From positions 11,036,001 to 11,100,000 of the forward strand of contig NC_043016.1 of the NCBI RefSeq assembly GCF_006345805.1: a stretch of 64,000 nucleotides of DNA, read 5' to 3'. The first letter of the stretch is position 1; the number at the start of each line of letters is the position of its first letter. Of this stretch, positions 1-13,815 are shown piece by piece. This stretch comes from Octopus sinensis. Its lineage: Eukaryota. Both the position numbers and the translations under genes were made by a program. The notes beneath the pieces were generated by a model. That model was not told the origin of the DNA, made no database searches, and saw only the letters and a program-made list of their open reading frames with translations.

Positions 1-1149
1 CACGGAACATCCAGTTCTGAGCTCCAAGCAATCATAACGGTGAAACTAATAATTTAAACTTGTGTTTATCGTAATTACTCATATATCATCATCATCAGCA
101 TCATCATCATCGTCATCATTTAACGTCCATTGTCTATGTTGGTATAGGTTGGATGGTTTGACCTGGGCTGGCAATTGAAGGGAATACAGTTTAATTCCCT
201 CTCTCTCTCTTTCGGAGAGGCACTGAGCAGCTATACGCACACATACACACACGGCAGTAACTTCCACCTACCAAATTCAATCACAAAGCTTCGGTCGGCT
301 CGGGGCTATAGTGGAAGACACCTACCCAAAGTGTCACGCAGTGGGACTGAACCTGAAACCATGTAGCTAGGAAGCAAGCTCCCTAACCACAGGGTCATGC
401 CCGGTTTACTCTAAATGGTTCTTAATGTTTCCTATCATTCAGTGTGGTTTGCCAAGTCTGGATTTTATCAGGGTGCTCATAAGGTATCTGTCCGGATTGA
501 ATCCCTATTCCTTTGTATTATATATGTGTGGTGTGTGTGAGATGGGCCTTCTTTCAGTTTCTGTCTATCAAATTCACTCACAAGACTTTGGTCAGCCCAA
601 GGATATAGTAGAAGGCACTTATTCAAGGTGCCATGCAGTGGGATTGAACTTGGAACCATGAGGTTGGGAAGCAAACTTCTTACCACACAGCTACCCTTCT
701 GCCTATGTGTGATTATATGTGTATATACATATCGCCATCATTAATCAGTGTCAGAATCCTTGTCACCACTTTTACCCTCGCTTTTCCATGCTTGTATGGG
801 TTGGACAAGTCCTCACGGACAAAACCAGTTCCTGTTCAGACTTACTGCTCTCCTACTCAGGTCAGGGATAAAGGTAAAGAATGGGTGGTGGTGAGAGGTG
901 GACTAATTACAGACGTATCCAGTGTGATATCATGCTTCACTACACAGCTGGTGGTGTGGTGATGGGAAGGCGGTAGGGCAATATAGAAATGATAAGGGGA
1001 GAGCAATAGACAAGAGGGAGTATGAGTATAGGGAAACTTAATATAAATAAGGGTTAGAAGATGAATATTGACAAACATTATGATCGCCAGCACCATCAGC
1101 ATGTCTTCTTTTAATGCTTACCATGTGTTGGGGAGGGGTTTTTTTTTCT

Positions 1150-1940
1150 AGCGTGGTGCTTCATCACAAGTCTTAGGCATTGTCATTTACTCTGCAATAT
1201 TTCAATCACTTGAGATCAATCTTCACCGCTTTCCATATTTTGCTAGGTTTCCCTCTTCCACTAATCCGATCCACTTGGAGTGCACTTCTTATTATTAACA
1301 ACTGACTGCTTCCATGTACATCATGAGGCCCACATCAGTGCAGTTTTCATCATTCAAACACATGATGTCTGATTCTTCTCAGCTCATTTTTTTCCCCTCC
1401 ATATTTCATGCTCATTAACTCCCTAACATTGCACATCCAGTGGATCATGGTTAACTCATTTCTTTCCAGCCTTCACATGTCCTCTGCATTCATGGCCCAC
1501 ATCTCACTACAATACATCATCATTTTCTCTTATACATAGGCACCACACAATCTGCACTTCATTCTCAGAAGTAAACGCTTTATTGGCAACAGTGGTAATT
1601 TCTCACTGAACACTTTTCCACTATTTTCTCTTAACCCTTTCGTTACCAACTTGGTTGAAACTGGCTCTGGCTCTGAGTATAAATGTCTTATTTTCATAAG
1701 TTCTGAATTAAAATCTTCCACCAAACTTTAGTCACAATTTATGTTCCTAACACTAACTGAATGATAACTAAATTATTTTACTAAATTCTTGGTTATATTT
1801 AAAGTAATTTAAAGAAACACAGAACATCTCAAAATAAATACAGTAACAAAAGGGTTAATCTGATTATTATGTCTTCCATTGCTAATTAGTTCACCTAAGT
1901 CACAGAAGCTATCAACTACTTCCATGGAGACTCTGAGCAT
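1150..1940 (-). mobile_element. Decayed RTE LINE 3' fragment, split by a MITE
   Basis: Minus-strand remnants MEVVDSFCDLGELIS and KLPLLPIKRLLLRMKCRLCGAYV align by eye to LEIVDSFRYLGDQVS and LLPLLVTKGLSHRVKGRLYDACV of the element at 58293. Confidence 0.7.
1635..1854. mobile_element. piggyBac-type MITE, family 1
   Basis: TTAA at 1631-1634 and 1855-1858. TIRs CCCTTTCGTTAC / GTAACAAAAGGG. Further copies at about 24490-24718, 24743-24970 and 52731-52960, and a decayed one at about 23995-24205. Confidence 0.85.
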
Positions 1941-2337
1941 ATATATACATATGTATGTAACATAATGCAATAAAGTATCTCCTTGATATGTTGTGGTTAA
2001 GCATCCAGTTGCACTTGATAAATTCAGTGCAGAATTCCCAAACAGCCACAATAGTGAAACATACATAAGGAACATAAGATATAATTGCAATTTCTCCTAC
2101 ATTTGCTCTTTATATCATAGCTAGTGATACTATTAAGTATAGTAGTTATCTAAGTACTATACTGAAAGCAGATTGGATAATTAAAATCTCTATGAGGCTC
2201 TAAAACCAGCTGCAGCAGTTGCTCCCATCTACTCCCTAGTGGTTTCTACTCCACCTCCTGAACCACTTCCATTCCTGCCCATACGATTTTAACAAGTCAC
2301 CCCCCCCCCTTTCCATGCCTTCAGTAGAGGCACGCCC

Positions 2338-2920
2338 TAAAAATGGTTTCTGGTTACAAATATCTTGGGTCATACATATTATCTGAAAAAGATCTTCTAA
2401 CTAGAAAGGGTATGGCCTGGTCAGCCTGTAATGATATGCATAAGATCTGGTCATCAAATCTAAGTAGAGATTTCAAACTTGAAATCTTCAAAGCCACAGT
2501 CGAACCAATTCTACTATATGGCTCAGAAACCTGGACGTTATCAAAGAAGCTTGAGAGGCGGTTGGATGGAACTTACACTCGCCTCCTTATGAGAGCTCAA
2601 AATCTCTCGTGGAAGCACCATCCAACCAAAATGCAAATATATGGGAAACTACCACCTGTGTCATCTCTTGTGAAAGGGAGGAGAGTCCAGTTTGCTGGAC
2701 ATTGTTGTAGAGCTGAAAAAGAAGTAATTTCTACTCTTCTCCTCTGGAAGCCATCTACCTGTAATACCAGAGGGCGCACACTCTCCTACCCTGATGTAAT
2801 CTCCAGGGATACAGGCATCCAGCAACATGATCTCCATAATGCTATGATGGACCGTGAAGTCTGGCGTAACATAGTATATTCCATTGTCTCGACCACAGTC
2901 GAACAATGATGATGATGATG
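2338..2920 (+). mobile_element. 3' fragment of a second RTE-like LINE family
   Basis: ORF 2343-2909 contains YKYLGS, ILLYGSETWTL and RRVQFAGHC. Its stop runs directly into a (TGA)n tail. Confidence 0.85.
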
Positions 2921-4109
2921 TGGTTAGGGATGTTGGACTCCTGATTGTAAGATTGTGGTTTTGATTCCTGGACCAGATGACACGTGTTCTTGAACAAGAC
3001 ACTGCATTTTCACATTGCTCCAGTCCACTCAGCTGGCAAAAAGGATTAACCCTGCAACAGACCAGTGTCCTGCTCAGGTGTGAAATTTAAATGCAATGGA
3101 AACCCGGAAACCAGGAAACTGGTCCTTAGGAGTCGGCATGACTGATAGAGGTAACTTTATTTTTGTGGAGGCACATAGCTTAGTGGTTGGGGTGTTGGAC
3201 TCATGATTGTAAGGTTGTGGTTTCAATTCCAGGACTGAGCAATGTTTGTTCTTGAGCAAAACACTTCATTTCACATTGCTCCAGTCCACTCAGCTGTCTC
3301 CTACCTCCACCTGTTTCCTCCCTCCTCATACTCTTATGAAAGCATCCTCTCTCTCTCATCCCCCCTCTCCTCCCATGACTCACTGCCTGTGCCTTCTTTC
3401 ATGCTCACCTTCTTGTTCCTTGAGAGTTTGCTCTAGCACCCCATCACTATCTTCCCCTTATTTCATTCATCCATGTATCTCTTCAATAGCAAGACACTCG
3501 TGCTTGTCCCTCTGTCATACTTTAGCCTCTCAATGCCTGGCATGTGGCCAACCACCTCCACCTTCCCCTCCCAAATACTTCCTCTTAGTAGTGGGAGCTT
3601 TTCCTCTTTCATTTTTCACTGTTCTTACAAGTTACACAGCAACCTCACTTGTGCTGGTGCCAAGGGGAAAAAAGCACCCAGTGCACTCTGTAAAGTAGTT
3701 GGTGTTAGGAAGGACGTCCAGCTGTAGAAACCATGCCAAAGATGATGTTGGAGCTTGATGTAACTCTTGCAGCTTCCCAGTTTCCTGTCAAACCATCCAA
3801 CCCATACCAGCATTGAAAACAGACATTAAATGATGGTGATGATGATGGGTAAGAAGTAGATAACTACAAAACAAGTATATTTATTTAAAGATTGTTCAAA
3901 TGTTCATATCTTTTATTTGATATCGCTGACCAGTTATCGTTGTTTTAAAGACACTGCCCAAAGTAACAGCAATAATTGGATTCTGTTCTCACACACACAT
4001 AAACAGAGCAGACATAGAATATAGTATGTATATACACACATATATACACATATGTGATCAAGCAGACTCCAATGAAGCTGTTGCTCTGCACAGGCACAAC
4101 TTATATAGT

Positions 4110-4865
4110 AAAAAAATCAATAGAAATTAAAAAAGAAAAAAGAGTTACCATGAAGTTGTTGTGTGGTGTGGAAACTGCGTTGTTTCAGACAGTCTTCCTT
4201 CAGGAAAAAGTTTAACAGAAAGAAATTAATGGGAGACACAGTAGAGTTTTATATCTTCTAACTTAAAAAAAAAAAAAAAACTGGCTGCAATTGACAAGGA
4301 GCACAGGAATACGTGAGCTTTGTACGTGAACAAGAAATGGTAGGAGAAACATAGAAAGAAGAAAATTAGGTAAAAATAATGGAATGAGAAGAAAGAGAAA
4401 TGGAACGAGAGGAAGAAAATTGAGAGTGAGTTTAAGAGGAAAGACGACGAAGGAGGGGAGTTGAAGGATGACAAAGGGTTTAATGAAGTATGAGGAGGTG
4501 TAGGACTAAAAGGAAAAACATTTTATCTCATTAAACTCTTTCTCATCCTTCAACTCCCCTCCTTCTTCATTTTTTCCTTTCATCTCACTTCTCTATTTGC
4601 CTGTTTCTTGTCATTCCATTATTCTTTCCTTCTTCTTTCTCACAGTTTTTCTTGCCCCTTCTTGTTCACATACGAAGCTCACATGTTACTGTGTTCCCCA
4701 TCAGTTGCAGCCAGTTTCTTTTTTTAACTTAAACGATGTAAAACTCTGCTGTCTCTCACTAATTTCTCTCCTCTCAACCTATCACCTGAAGAAGGACTGT
4801 CTGAAACGAAGGATTTTCCACTCCTCGCAGTGAGCTCACTGTATTCTTTTTAATTGATTTTACTA
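4110..4865. repeat. Large imperfect fold-back with a hammerhead-like core in each arm
   Basis: Arms at about 4110-4486 and 4528-4865 are diverged reverse complements. CTGAAGAaggactgtctGAAAC at 4786-4807(+) has its counterpart at 4182-4203(-). Confidence 0.7.
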
Positions 4866-5116
4866 TGAATGTTTGTGTGTGTGTAGTCTAAAAATGAGCA
4901 CCAGCCAAATGGTGATGCAGTCCATCTCCCTCTCTCCTTCCAAATGTCATGGTTTTTGATACCTCACTGGGTCAAGGGGCTGTGTTTACGCAATATTACA
5001 GAAGAACCTAAAGCAATTTAGCACAATTAACTAAATCAAGAAGCTTAATTTCATTGCTTCAGAATGTATTTTCCCAAAAAACTTAAAACAGGATAAATTT
5101 TTTTTATTTGTTTCAG

Positions 5117-5242
5117 GTTTCCTCGTTTGTTTCCTCCTGTGGATGAAAAGTATGTTGCTGTAAAGACAGTAGAAGCAGTTCTTACCAATACCAAATCCCT
5201 CATGATTCCACGCCTTATCGGTTATGTAATCATATTAAAGAC
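5117..5242 (+). CDS. Penultimate coding exon of an SDR16C-family short-chain dehydrogenase (RDH10/SDR16C5-like), gene A
   Basis: Acceptor ttttatttgtttcag ends at 5116 and donor gtgagt starts at 5243. The 126-nt phase 2-2 exon translates (R)FPRLFPPVDEKYVAVKTVEAVLTNTKSLMIPRLIGYVIILK(T), resembling the SDR16C C-terminal region. It is absent from the ORF track and was read by hand. Confidence 0.85.
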
Positions 5243-5836
5243 GTGAGTGACTTAATGATTGTTGAATCTTTCTAAACGGTCAACCCATTGGGTTTTCTGA
5301 TCTTAAACATGGAACTTTGGAGATGAGATGATTAGGTGCTGCTATTTGGATGCAGAGGATTTGGCATGGCTGGATATTGAATTGGTTTTGGTGAGAGTAT
5401 ACTTTGGCACTGGAGACACACACACTTGCACACACATACACACATGCTTATGCACAGAGAAGTACAGATAGAAAGAATGAGAGAGAGAGAGAGAGAGTGA
5501 CGTTGCGATTTATTAAGTGAAAACTTCTCTTCTACACATAGAGAGAAATATGCATCACCATTTGGCTGGTGCCCATTTTCAGACTACACACTCACACACA
5601 CACACACACACATACACACAGAAAGAGGAAGACTCTCATTAGTTGAACCTGAGTGACATAAACACTTCTCCTTCTCATCAGACACACAAGGGAAATATAC
5701 TCACATACATAAACAGAGCGAAAGAGAGATGAGAGACAGATGTGAGAGAAATATTACATTTTATTAATTGGTTGCAATTGATGTAAATACTTTTCCGTCT
5801 CCTCAGACACATAAAGATAGATATGTTCACAGGGAG

Positions 5837-5868
<32 letters not shown>

Positions 5869-6278
5869 TGTTCACAGGGATGGATAACATGCTTCTAGGC
5901 GCTATGCCTAGCTTGTTAAAGAGTCTATCAACCCGCCACCTTAGTTGTAGTAGTAGTAGTAGTAGTAGTAATAGAAGTAGTAGTGGGGGCGCAGTTGTGG
6001 AGGTGGCAGCAGCAGCAGCAGCCATAGTAGCAGTAGTAGTAGTAGTAAAAATCATAATTATTTCTACTGAAGGCACAAGGCTTCAAATTTTGGGAGAAGA
6101 CATTTGGTCAATTGCATCAACCCCAGTATTTCACTGGTACTTATTTTATCTATTGTGAAAGGATGAAAGGCAAAGTGGACCTCAGTGGAATTTGAACTCA
6201 GAACATAAAGACAGATGAAATGCTGCTAAGCATTTTGGTACGGCGTGCTAATGATTCAACCAGTTTGACGCCTTAATG

Positions 6279-6322
<44 letters not shown>

Positions 6323-6892
6323 CCTTTCTACAAAAGACACAAGGCCTAAAATTTTGGAGACAAGGACCAGTTGGTCAGTTGAAGCTTAGACAGTGTCACA
6401 TGACAGTTAGCTGGTGCTGGCTGCTGGAGCCTACTGGTGAGTATTTAAAGGGAAATTTGGCATGATAGTCATTCACCTGCTGACATTCATTGACACTGCA
6501 TCAAAGAAACCAAAGAACAAAAGAAAAAAGGAGAAAGAAAAAAACCCACTCAACACCAGAAGTGAAGATACCTCTGAAAGGCGGGGAGGCATCACGTCGA
6601 AAACAATAGAGGAATAGGGGCTGAAACTGGACTTGGTTCCTCCTGATGATGTCTTTAGCCACTGGATCCTATAAAGGAGCTGTTGAGGTAGCAAACCACG
6701 AAACGTGGTTGGAATTCCTTGACCCCAGTGTTCAACTGGTATTTATTTCATTGACCCCCAAAAGGGTGACAGGCTAAGTCAACCTCAGTGGAATTTGATC
6801 TCAGAACATAAAGACGGACAAAATGCCCCTAAGCATTTTATCTGGTGTGCTAACAACTCTACCAGTTTGATGCCTTAATGATGATAATACTA

Positions 6893-7259
6893 TAAGAGCA
6901 CTCAGAGAGTGCAATCCCCCACCAAGGCAACACCAACGTCCTCTCAACGATTAGCTAGAGAGGATTTTTAAAATGAGAATATCTGAAATAAACTCGACTG
7001 CTCTCACAAACGAGAATACTAAACATGAGCCCAATCGCTCTCAAAAATTAAGTAAAAATACAGGAAAGGTAATCCAAAATCCTTGTCTGGTACTGGATCG
7101 ATCCCTAAATCTAATCAGTTTGTGCCAGTTATGAGGCCAAACAACCCTGGAAGTTTCATCAGAATCCATCCAGCAGTTCTTGAAATATCTTGTCCACAAA
7201 CAAACAATCAAACACAACTGAAAACAATACCTCTGCCTTCACTAAAGTGAAAGTAATAA
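6893..7259. mobile_element. Probable non-autonomous Helentron/HINE-like element
   Basis: Starts aagagcactcagagagtgc..ccaagg and ends in a degenerate hairpin acctctgccttcactaaagtgaaagtaa. The class is inferred from terminal architecture only. Confidence 0.4.
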
Positions 7260-7786
7260 CGGTTTCAAATTTTACCACAAAGGCAGCAGTTTTGGGGGAG
7301 AGGATGAGTTGATTACATTGCCCCCCCCCCTCACACACATGCACACACACACACACATACACACCAGTGTTCAAATGGTACTTTTTTTATTGACCCAGAA
7401 ATGATGAAAGGCAAAGTTGACCTCGGTGGAATTTGAACTCAGAACATAAAAGACAGCTGAAATACCACTAAGCAGAGTACTAATGATTTTATCAGCTCGC
7501 CACCTTATTAATAATAATAATAATAATAATCTTGTCTACTGGAAGCACAGGCCTCAAATTTGGGGGAAGGGATTAAGTCAATTACATCGACCCCAGTATG
7601 TATAATTGATACCAATTTTATTGACTCTGAAATGATGGAAGGCAAAGTCAACCCCAGCAGAATTTGGACTCAGAAGGTAGCGTCGGCTAAAATACTGCAA
7701 AGCATTTCATCCAGTGTACTAATGATTCTGCCAGCTGCTGCCTTAATAATAATAATAATAATAATATTAATAATAATAATAATACT

Positions 7787-8320
7787 GATGTAGTACCAGA
7801 CAGTGGCTCTCATGGCTTCTGATCTTAACTGATTGGAAGTGTTATCATGTACGTTGTTTTGTCTTGGTATAAAAGATGACCTACAGCAAATATTCTGCTC
7901 AATACCACAGATTTGCTTGTCAGTTGTTTGACCATAACCAGTTGAGCATGTCCCTTAGTGGCTGACGATACGTGCATCTCTGATCATGAGCAGAAGTAGT
8001 GGGGGCGCATCATAGCCATGTGTTGAGAGGGATTCTTTGGGGTTTGAATAATTCACCTCTGGAAACATGGTGTCCAACATTCTTAAACAACCCTTGTTCA
8101 GGGACCTTTTGAGCGGGATGGGCTACTCAACCTGAAGAAATTTCTAACTGGGCTCCACCTGCAAGGTCATGTGCTGTTTATCTTGATATGTCACGCACAT
8201 ATGGTTGTGATGCATGTGCCTGGTGTACCCTTATCAGACGGGTAGTCATGATGGGTATACTGGGCTTCGTATATTTTACCCCAGTGTCACTTTGATAGCA
8301 TGAACTGCTCTCTCACTCAA
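7787..8320. repeat. ~530-bp interspersed repeat of unknown class embedded in (TAA)n; second copy at about 14566-15045
   Basis: ctgatg(t/c)agtaccag..gtggctctcatggcttctgatcttaactg...accccagtgtca occurs at both loci with high similarity. Confidence 0.75.
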
Positions 8321-9483
8321 TAATAATAATAATAATAATAACAATAATGGTTCCAAATTTTGCCACAAGGGTAGCAGTTTTGGGGAAGGGGACAAGTCAA
8401 TTACATCGACCCCAGTATTCAACTGGTACTTATTTTTATCGACCCCAAAAGGAAGAAAGACGAAGTCAACCTCACTGGAATTTCAACTCAGAACACAGCA
8501 ACAGGCGAAAGATGCTAAGCATTTCGTCCAGCATGGTAAGGATTCTGCCAGCTCATCACCCTTAATAATAATAATAATAATAATAATAATATAATAATAA
8601 TAACAGTGTGGTGGAAGAAGAGGAGGATGACAACAGCAATAATGATGACACTGTATGATGATGATGATGATGATGATGATGATAACTAAGATGAAAATGA
8701 TGATGAAAACAAAGGCAATAATCATGACAATAATGATGATGAGGATTATGATGAAGCAGGTGATGACGACGATGATGGTGGTGGTGGTGGTGGTGGTGGA
8801 GGTGGTCATGATGTTGGTGATGATGAAAATGATGATCAGGATGATGATGATGATGATGATGATGATGGCAGCAACAATGGTGATGATGATGATGATGGTG
8901 ATGATAATGATAACCTTGACTACAACTTGAAGAACAATGATGATAGTGACGATAAAATTGACGACGATGACGATGATGACAATGACAACGACAATGTCAG
9001 TAATTATGTAATCGCCAATCTAAGAACAGTTCTGCAACTGGCAGCGAATGGCCAACCTTAATCATTGACTATTTTCGCACTGTCAGCTGCACCGTTGCAT
9101 GTGACGATGCACTTGAACTGTTTGATTTCCTGTTGCTCTGCCGGACGGACATTCCACCGTGCAACCCCCCACCTACCCCCCACCACCACCACTTCACCTG
9201 CACAAATTAATTGACAAATCTGCATTGTATTTCTTGTAAATATTCTGCAAAGAGTCGGACGGACACATAACTAATATATGCATACTCGTGTGCATATCAA
9301 GTTGCACATGTGCAGACACGTATATACAACATATGCACACACACACACACACATCACCGTACACTGACATACACACATATTCACATGCATACACATACAC
9401 ACCATGTTCAGATTTGCTTATTACACAGACACATGCATGCATATAGTGTATACAATTATATTATACATATGCCATATGCACAA

Positions 9484-9543
<60 letters not shown>

Positions 9544-9884
9544 AACACATATATACATGCTGAAAGACACATCCACATACATGTATGCATATCATGTATA
9601 CAATTATATTATACACATGCACAAGTGACATATATATATATATATATGTTTTATATATATCTGCACAAACACATATATATACATGCTGAAAGACACATCC
9701 ACATACATGTATGCATAGACACGCACACAACGCATATACATGTTTGTACGCTTGCACATAAAGCTATGCACACGCAAAATCAAACTCGTACATATTATTA
9801 GATAAACATCTGAAGCAGACACATAAATTCATTTGAAAGCATTTTCACATACACACGCGGTTCAACATTGAATGTCAATATATA

Positions 9885-10298
9885 GGCGCAGGAGTGGCTG
9901 TGTGGTAAGTAGCTTGCTAGCCAACCACATGGTTCCAGGTTCAGTCCCACTGTGTGGCACATTGGGCAAGTGTCTTCTGCTATAGCCCCGGGCCGACCAA
10001 TGCCTTGTGAGTGGATTTGGTAGACGGAAACTGAAAGAAGCCTGTCGTATATATGTATGTGTGTGTATATGTTTGTGTGTCTGTGTTTGTCCCCCTAGCA
10101 TTGCTTGACAACCGATGCTGGTGTGTTTACGTCCCCGTCACTTAGCGGTTTGGCAAAAGAGACCGATAGAATAAGTACTGGGCTTACAAAGAATAAGTCC
10201 CGGGGTCGATTTGCTTGACTAAAGGCGGTGCTCCAGCATGGCCGCAGTCAAATGACTGAAACATGTAAAAGAGTAAAAAAGAGAAAGAGTAAAGAGTA
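9885..10298 (+). mobile_element. Full-length ~410-bp SINE with internal (TA/TG)n; the most abundant long SINE family in the window
   Basis: Head ggcgcaggagtggctgtgtggtaag..ggttcagtccc, then cattgggcaagtgtctt, a central microsatellite and tail gtaaaagagtaaaa. Other copies at about 10905-11240(-), 14020-14500(-), 29210-29582(-), 29915-30350(-), 34255-34832(-), 37600-38008(-), 43715-44260(-), 49970-50360(+), 50930-51590(+) and 61225-61655(-). Confidence 0.85.
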
Positions 10299-11320
10299 TA
10301 TAGTATGAACGTGTGTGTATATATATATATTTGTATTGTATTCATGTGTATGTTTGTAGTCGAGGTTATCATTATAATCATCATCATCATCATCACCATT
10401 GTTGCTGTTGTCATCGTCATCCTCCTCCTGATCATCATTTTCATCATCACCAACATCATGACCACCTCCACCACCACCACCACCACCACCACTACCACCA
10501 TCATCGTCGTCATCACCTGCTTCATCATCATCCTCATCATCATTATCGTCATGATTATTGCCTTTGTTTTCATCATCATCATAATGTTCATCATTGTCAT
10601 CATGTTCGTCTTAGTTATCATCATCATCATCATCATCATACAGTGTTATCATAATTGTTGTTGCCATCCCCCTCTTCTTCCACCTCATTTTCGTGTACAA
10701 ATTTATACATAATTTTATACATACATATGTGTGGTAAGAAGTTTCCTTCCTACCCACATGGTTCTGGATCAGTCCCACTGTATGGATCCTTGGGTAAGTG
10801 TTTTCTACTATAGCCTCAGGCTGACCAAAGACTTGTGAGTAGATTCGGTAGATGGAAACTGAAAGAAGCCCATTGTGTGTGTGTGTATACATATTCGTTT
10901 TTCTTTTTATTTGTTTCAGTCATTTGATTGTGGTCATGCTGGAGCACCACCTTTAGTTGAACAACTCGATCCCTAGTACTTATTCTATCAGCCTTTATTG
11001 CCCAAACTTGTGCCTCAGAGTGAAACTTTCTAGGTAGAATCCCATTAGATAGACAAATAGATAGACAGACAGACAGACAGATGGGCTTCTTTCAGTTTCT
11101 GTCTACCAAATCTACTCACAAGACTTTGGTCAGCCCCAGGCTATAGTAGAAGACACTTGCCCAAGGTGCCATGCAATGGGACTGAACCCGGAACCGTGTA
11201 GTTGGTAAGCAAGCTACTTACCACATAACTACTCCTGTGCTTTGGTAGTTCTGCTGTATAAAAATCTATAAATCTAATGCATAAAATCTAGCAAGCTGTA
11301 AGTAATTGTAGGAAGACAAC

Positions 11321-11395
<75 letters not shown>

Positions 11396-11843
11396 GAGGT
11401 GGTGTAGGATTGTGTGAATACTAAAATGATAAAGAGAGAGAGAGAGAGGTTGAAGAAAGAGTGAGAAAATATGAGAGAGAATTGCAAGGTTTTAGAACCT
11501 GCAGTTATGTAAAAATGCAGTGATCAGCAAAATAAAGCAAAACAGCAAAAGGGTAGGGTGCAAATAGGGGTCACGCAGAAGTAACTTTAAATGGTGATTA
11601 TTATTTGCCAGCATTTGTTAATTCCTTGAGTCAATGTTCTTGTAATTAATTAGGTTCTTTAAGAGTATTAGTTAAAATGTTTAATCAATTAAAATTAGTA
11701 CTAATTTCACTGGTTCGTTTGATCGTTTTGGTCTTAGCACACAAACATGCACACACACACAAGTATACGTATCTGTATTTGTATGTAAAGTGTATATGTA
11801 TACATGTATGTAAAGACACATATATAATATATATATATATGTA

Positions 11844-12032
11844 TATTATATAGAGGGCATTACTACACATAAATGCCACATGCTAGCAGGGACTCTCAAA
11901 GTCAAAACTACTAAAATGACTTGCTTCGAGAGTTGCATTCGGTACGATGTGTTTATTTATTTTAGTAGTTTTGACTTTAAGAGTCCCTGCTAGCGTGTGG
12001 CATTTATGTGTAGTAATACCCTCTATATAATA
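11844..12032. repeat. Near-perfect hairpin with ~74-bp arms and a ~41-nt loop
   Basis: tattatatagagggcattactacacataaatgccacatgctagcagggactctcaaagtcaaaactactaaaat is matched by its reverse complement at 11959-12032 with only a few mismatches. Confidence 0.9.
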
Positions 12033-13564
12033 TAAATAAATATATGTAAGTGAAAAAATTGGTGGATTTTTTCTCTTAAGAGATTTTTCATACTGACTAC
12101 TTGATAAATTCTTATAAAGATTTTATCCTATTTTTAAATTGTATATAATATATATACATATATATATTGTCTAAGGATGTGTTATAACACTATTCCACAT
12201 ATACAAAAACAGCCATACCAACAATCCAACATACCACTATCATCAACTGCCCCACAGATACCATTATGGTTTCAACACCTGGGCAAGATTTACATATATA
12301 TATTGTATATACATATATAGATATATCTACTACATATATTTATTATATATATACGCATTATCTATTGTGTATGTGTGTGTATTCATTCACATAATAACCA
12401 TTTTTTCTATGGTTCCATGGTACCATGAATTTATATAGGGAGTTATTTGAAGTAGGATCCTTAGGTTTTTCCTGTCATCAACCCTTATATATTTCCAAGA
12501 AAAAGATTCTTTTTTTCAAAATCCAAAGTTCTTTGAATGCTCGTGTTAAATTAATGTTTTTGGTCTTAATTCTCCAGACTCAAATTGGTAATTTGATACT
12601 GATTTAAAATTTGGGGCAAAAGGCCAGCAATTTTCTGGGGTAAGTGTATGTCAATTGCATCAACCCCAGTGTTTAACTGGTACTTATTTTATTGATCCCC
12701 GAAAGGATGAAAGGCAAAGTCAACTTTGGAAGAAAATTTGAATTCAGAGCATAAAGATGGACGAAAAGCCTCTTAGCATTTTGTCTGGTGTCCTAACAAT
12801 TCTGCCAGCTTATCTCTTTAATAATAGTAATAATAATAATAATCATATTGGTTTCAAATTTTGTCACAAGGCTAGCAATTTTGGAGAGGGTGTAAGTTGA
12901 TTACATTGACCCCAGGGCTCAACTGGTACTTATTTTATCGACTCTAAAAGGATGAAAGACAAGGTCAACCTTAGTGGAATTTGACCCCTGAGCATAGCAA
13001 TGGAAGAAATACTGCTAAACATTTTGACCTGTCAGCTTTGCTGTCTTAAATTGTAATTTACTATTAGCTATATCATATTCATCACATTGCTGTCATCATA
13101 TTACATCCAGTTTTCCATGCTTGCCTGAATGAGAGAGAATTTGTGAAGGCACATTTTATACAGCTGGATGCCCTTCCTATCACCAACCCTTACCTGTTTC
13201 CAACCAAGGTGAATTCCCCCACCCCCCAGAACCATGTGGTTGGAAAGCTAACTTATTTTCACACTGCCATGCCTATATGTATAAATGGGAATATGCCATT
13301 TCTATTGTCTCACTCTGTTGTTTTTATGCCTCACTCTCACTCAGGAATTCTCCATCCCAAGGCACCTACTTCCCTCATTTATTTACCATTCAATGAGGAT
13401 AATCCTTTCTCTCTTAGCTTAGGTCTTTCTATCTCAGCCCTATGCCATTTTCATTCATTCTTTCAATTCTTTCAACTTTAACCACACCCGCCATACAACA
13501 CTCTTTCTTTCTCTCTCTCTCTCTCTCTCAGCTTTAACCTCACCCATTGAAAGTACTTTATAGC

Positions 13565-13815
13565 TCTCACATCTTTAACCACACCCATTGTACAGTACTA
13601 TACATATCTCTCACATCTTTAGCCACACCCACTATACAATACCATATATCTCTCTCATCTTTAGCCACACCCACTGTACAGAACCATATCTATCTCTCTC
13701 ATCTTTAGCCACACCCACTGTACAGAACCATATATATCTCTCATCTTTTGCCACACTCACTATACAGTACTGTTTATCTCTCTCATCTTTAGCCACACCC
13801 ACTCTATAGTATTTT
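13565..13815. repeat. 42-44-bp minisatellite, about 6 copies
   Basis: catcttt(a/t)(g/a)ccacac at 13570, 13614, 13656, 13700, 13742 and 13784. Confidence 0.9.

Noticed and set aside
11550-11575. Retinoic-acid response element (gggtca half-site) in the SDR intron
   Set aside because: The second half-site and the spacing do not fit DR1, DR2 or DR5.
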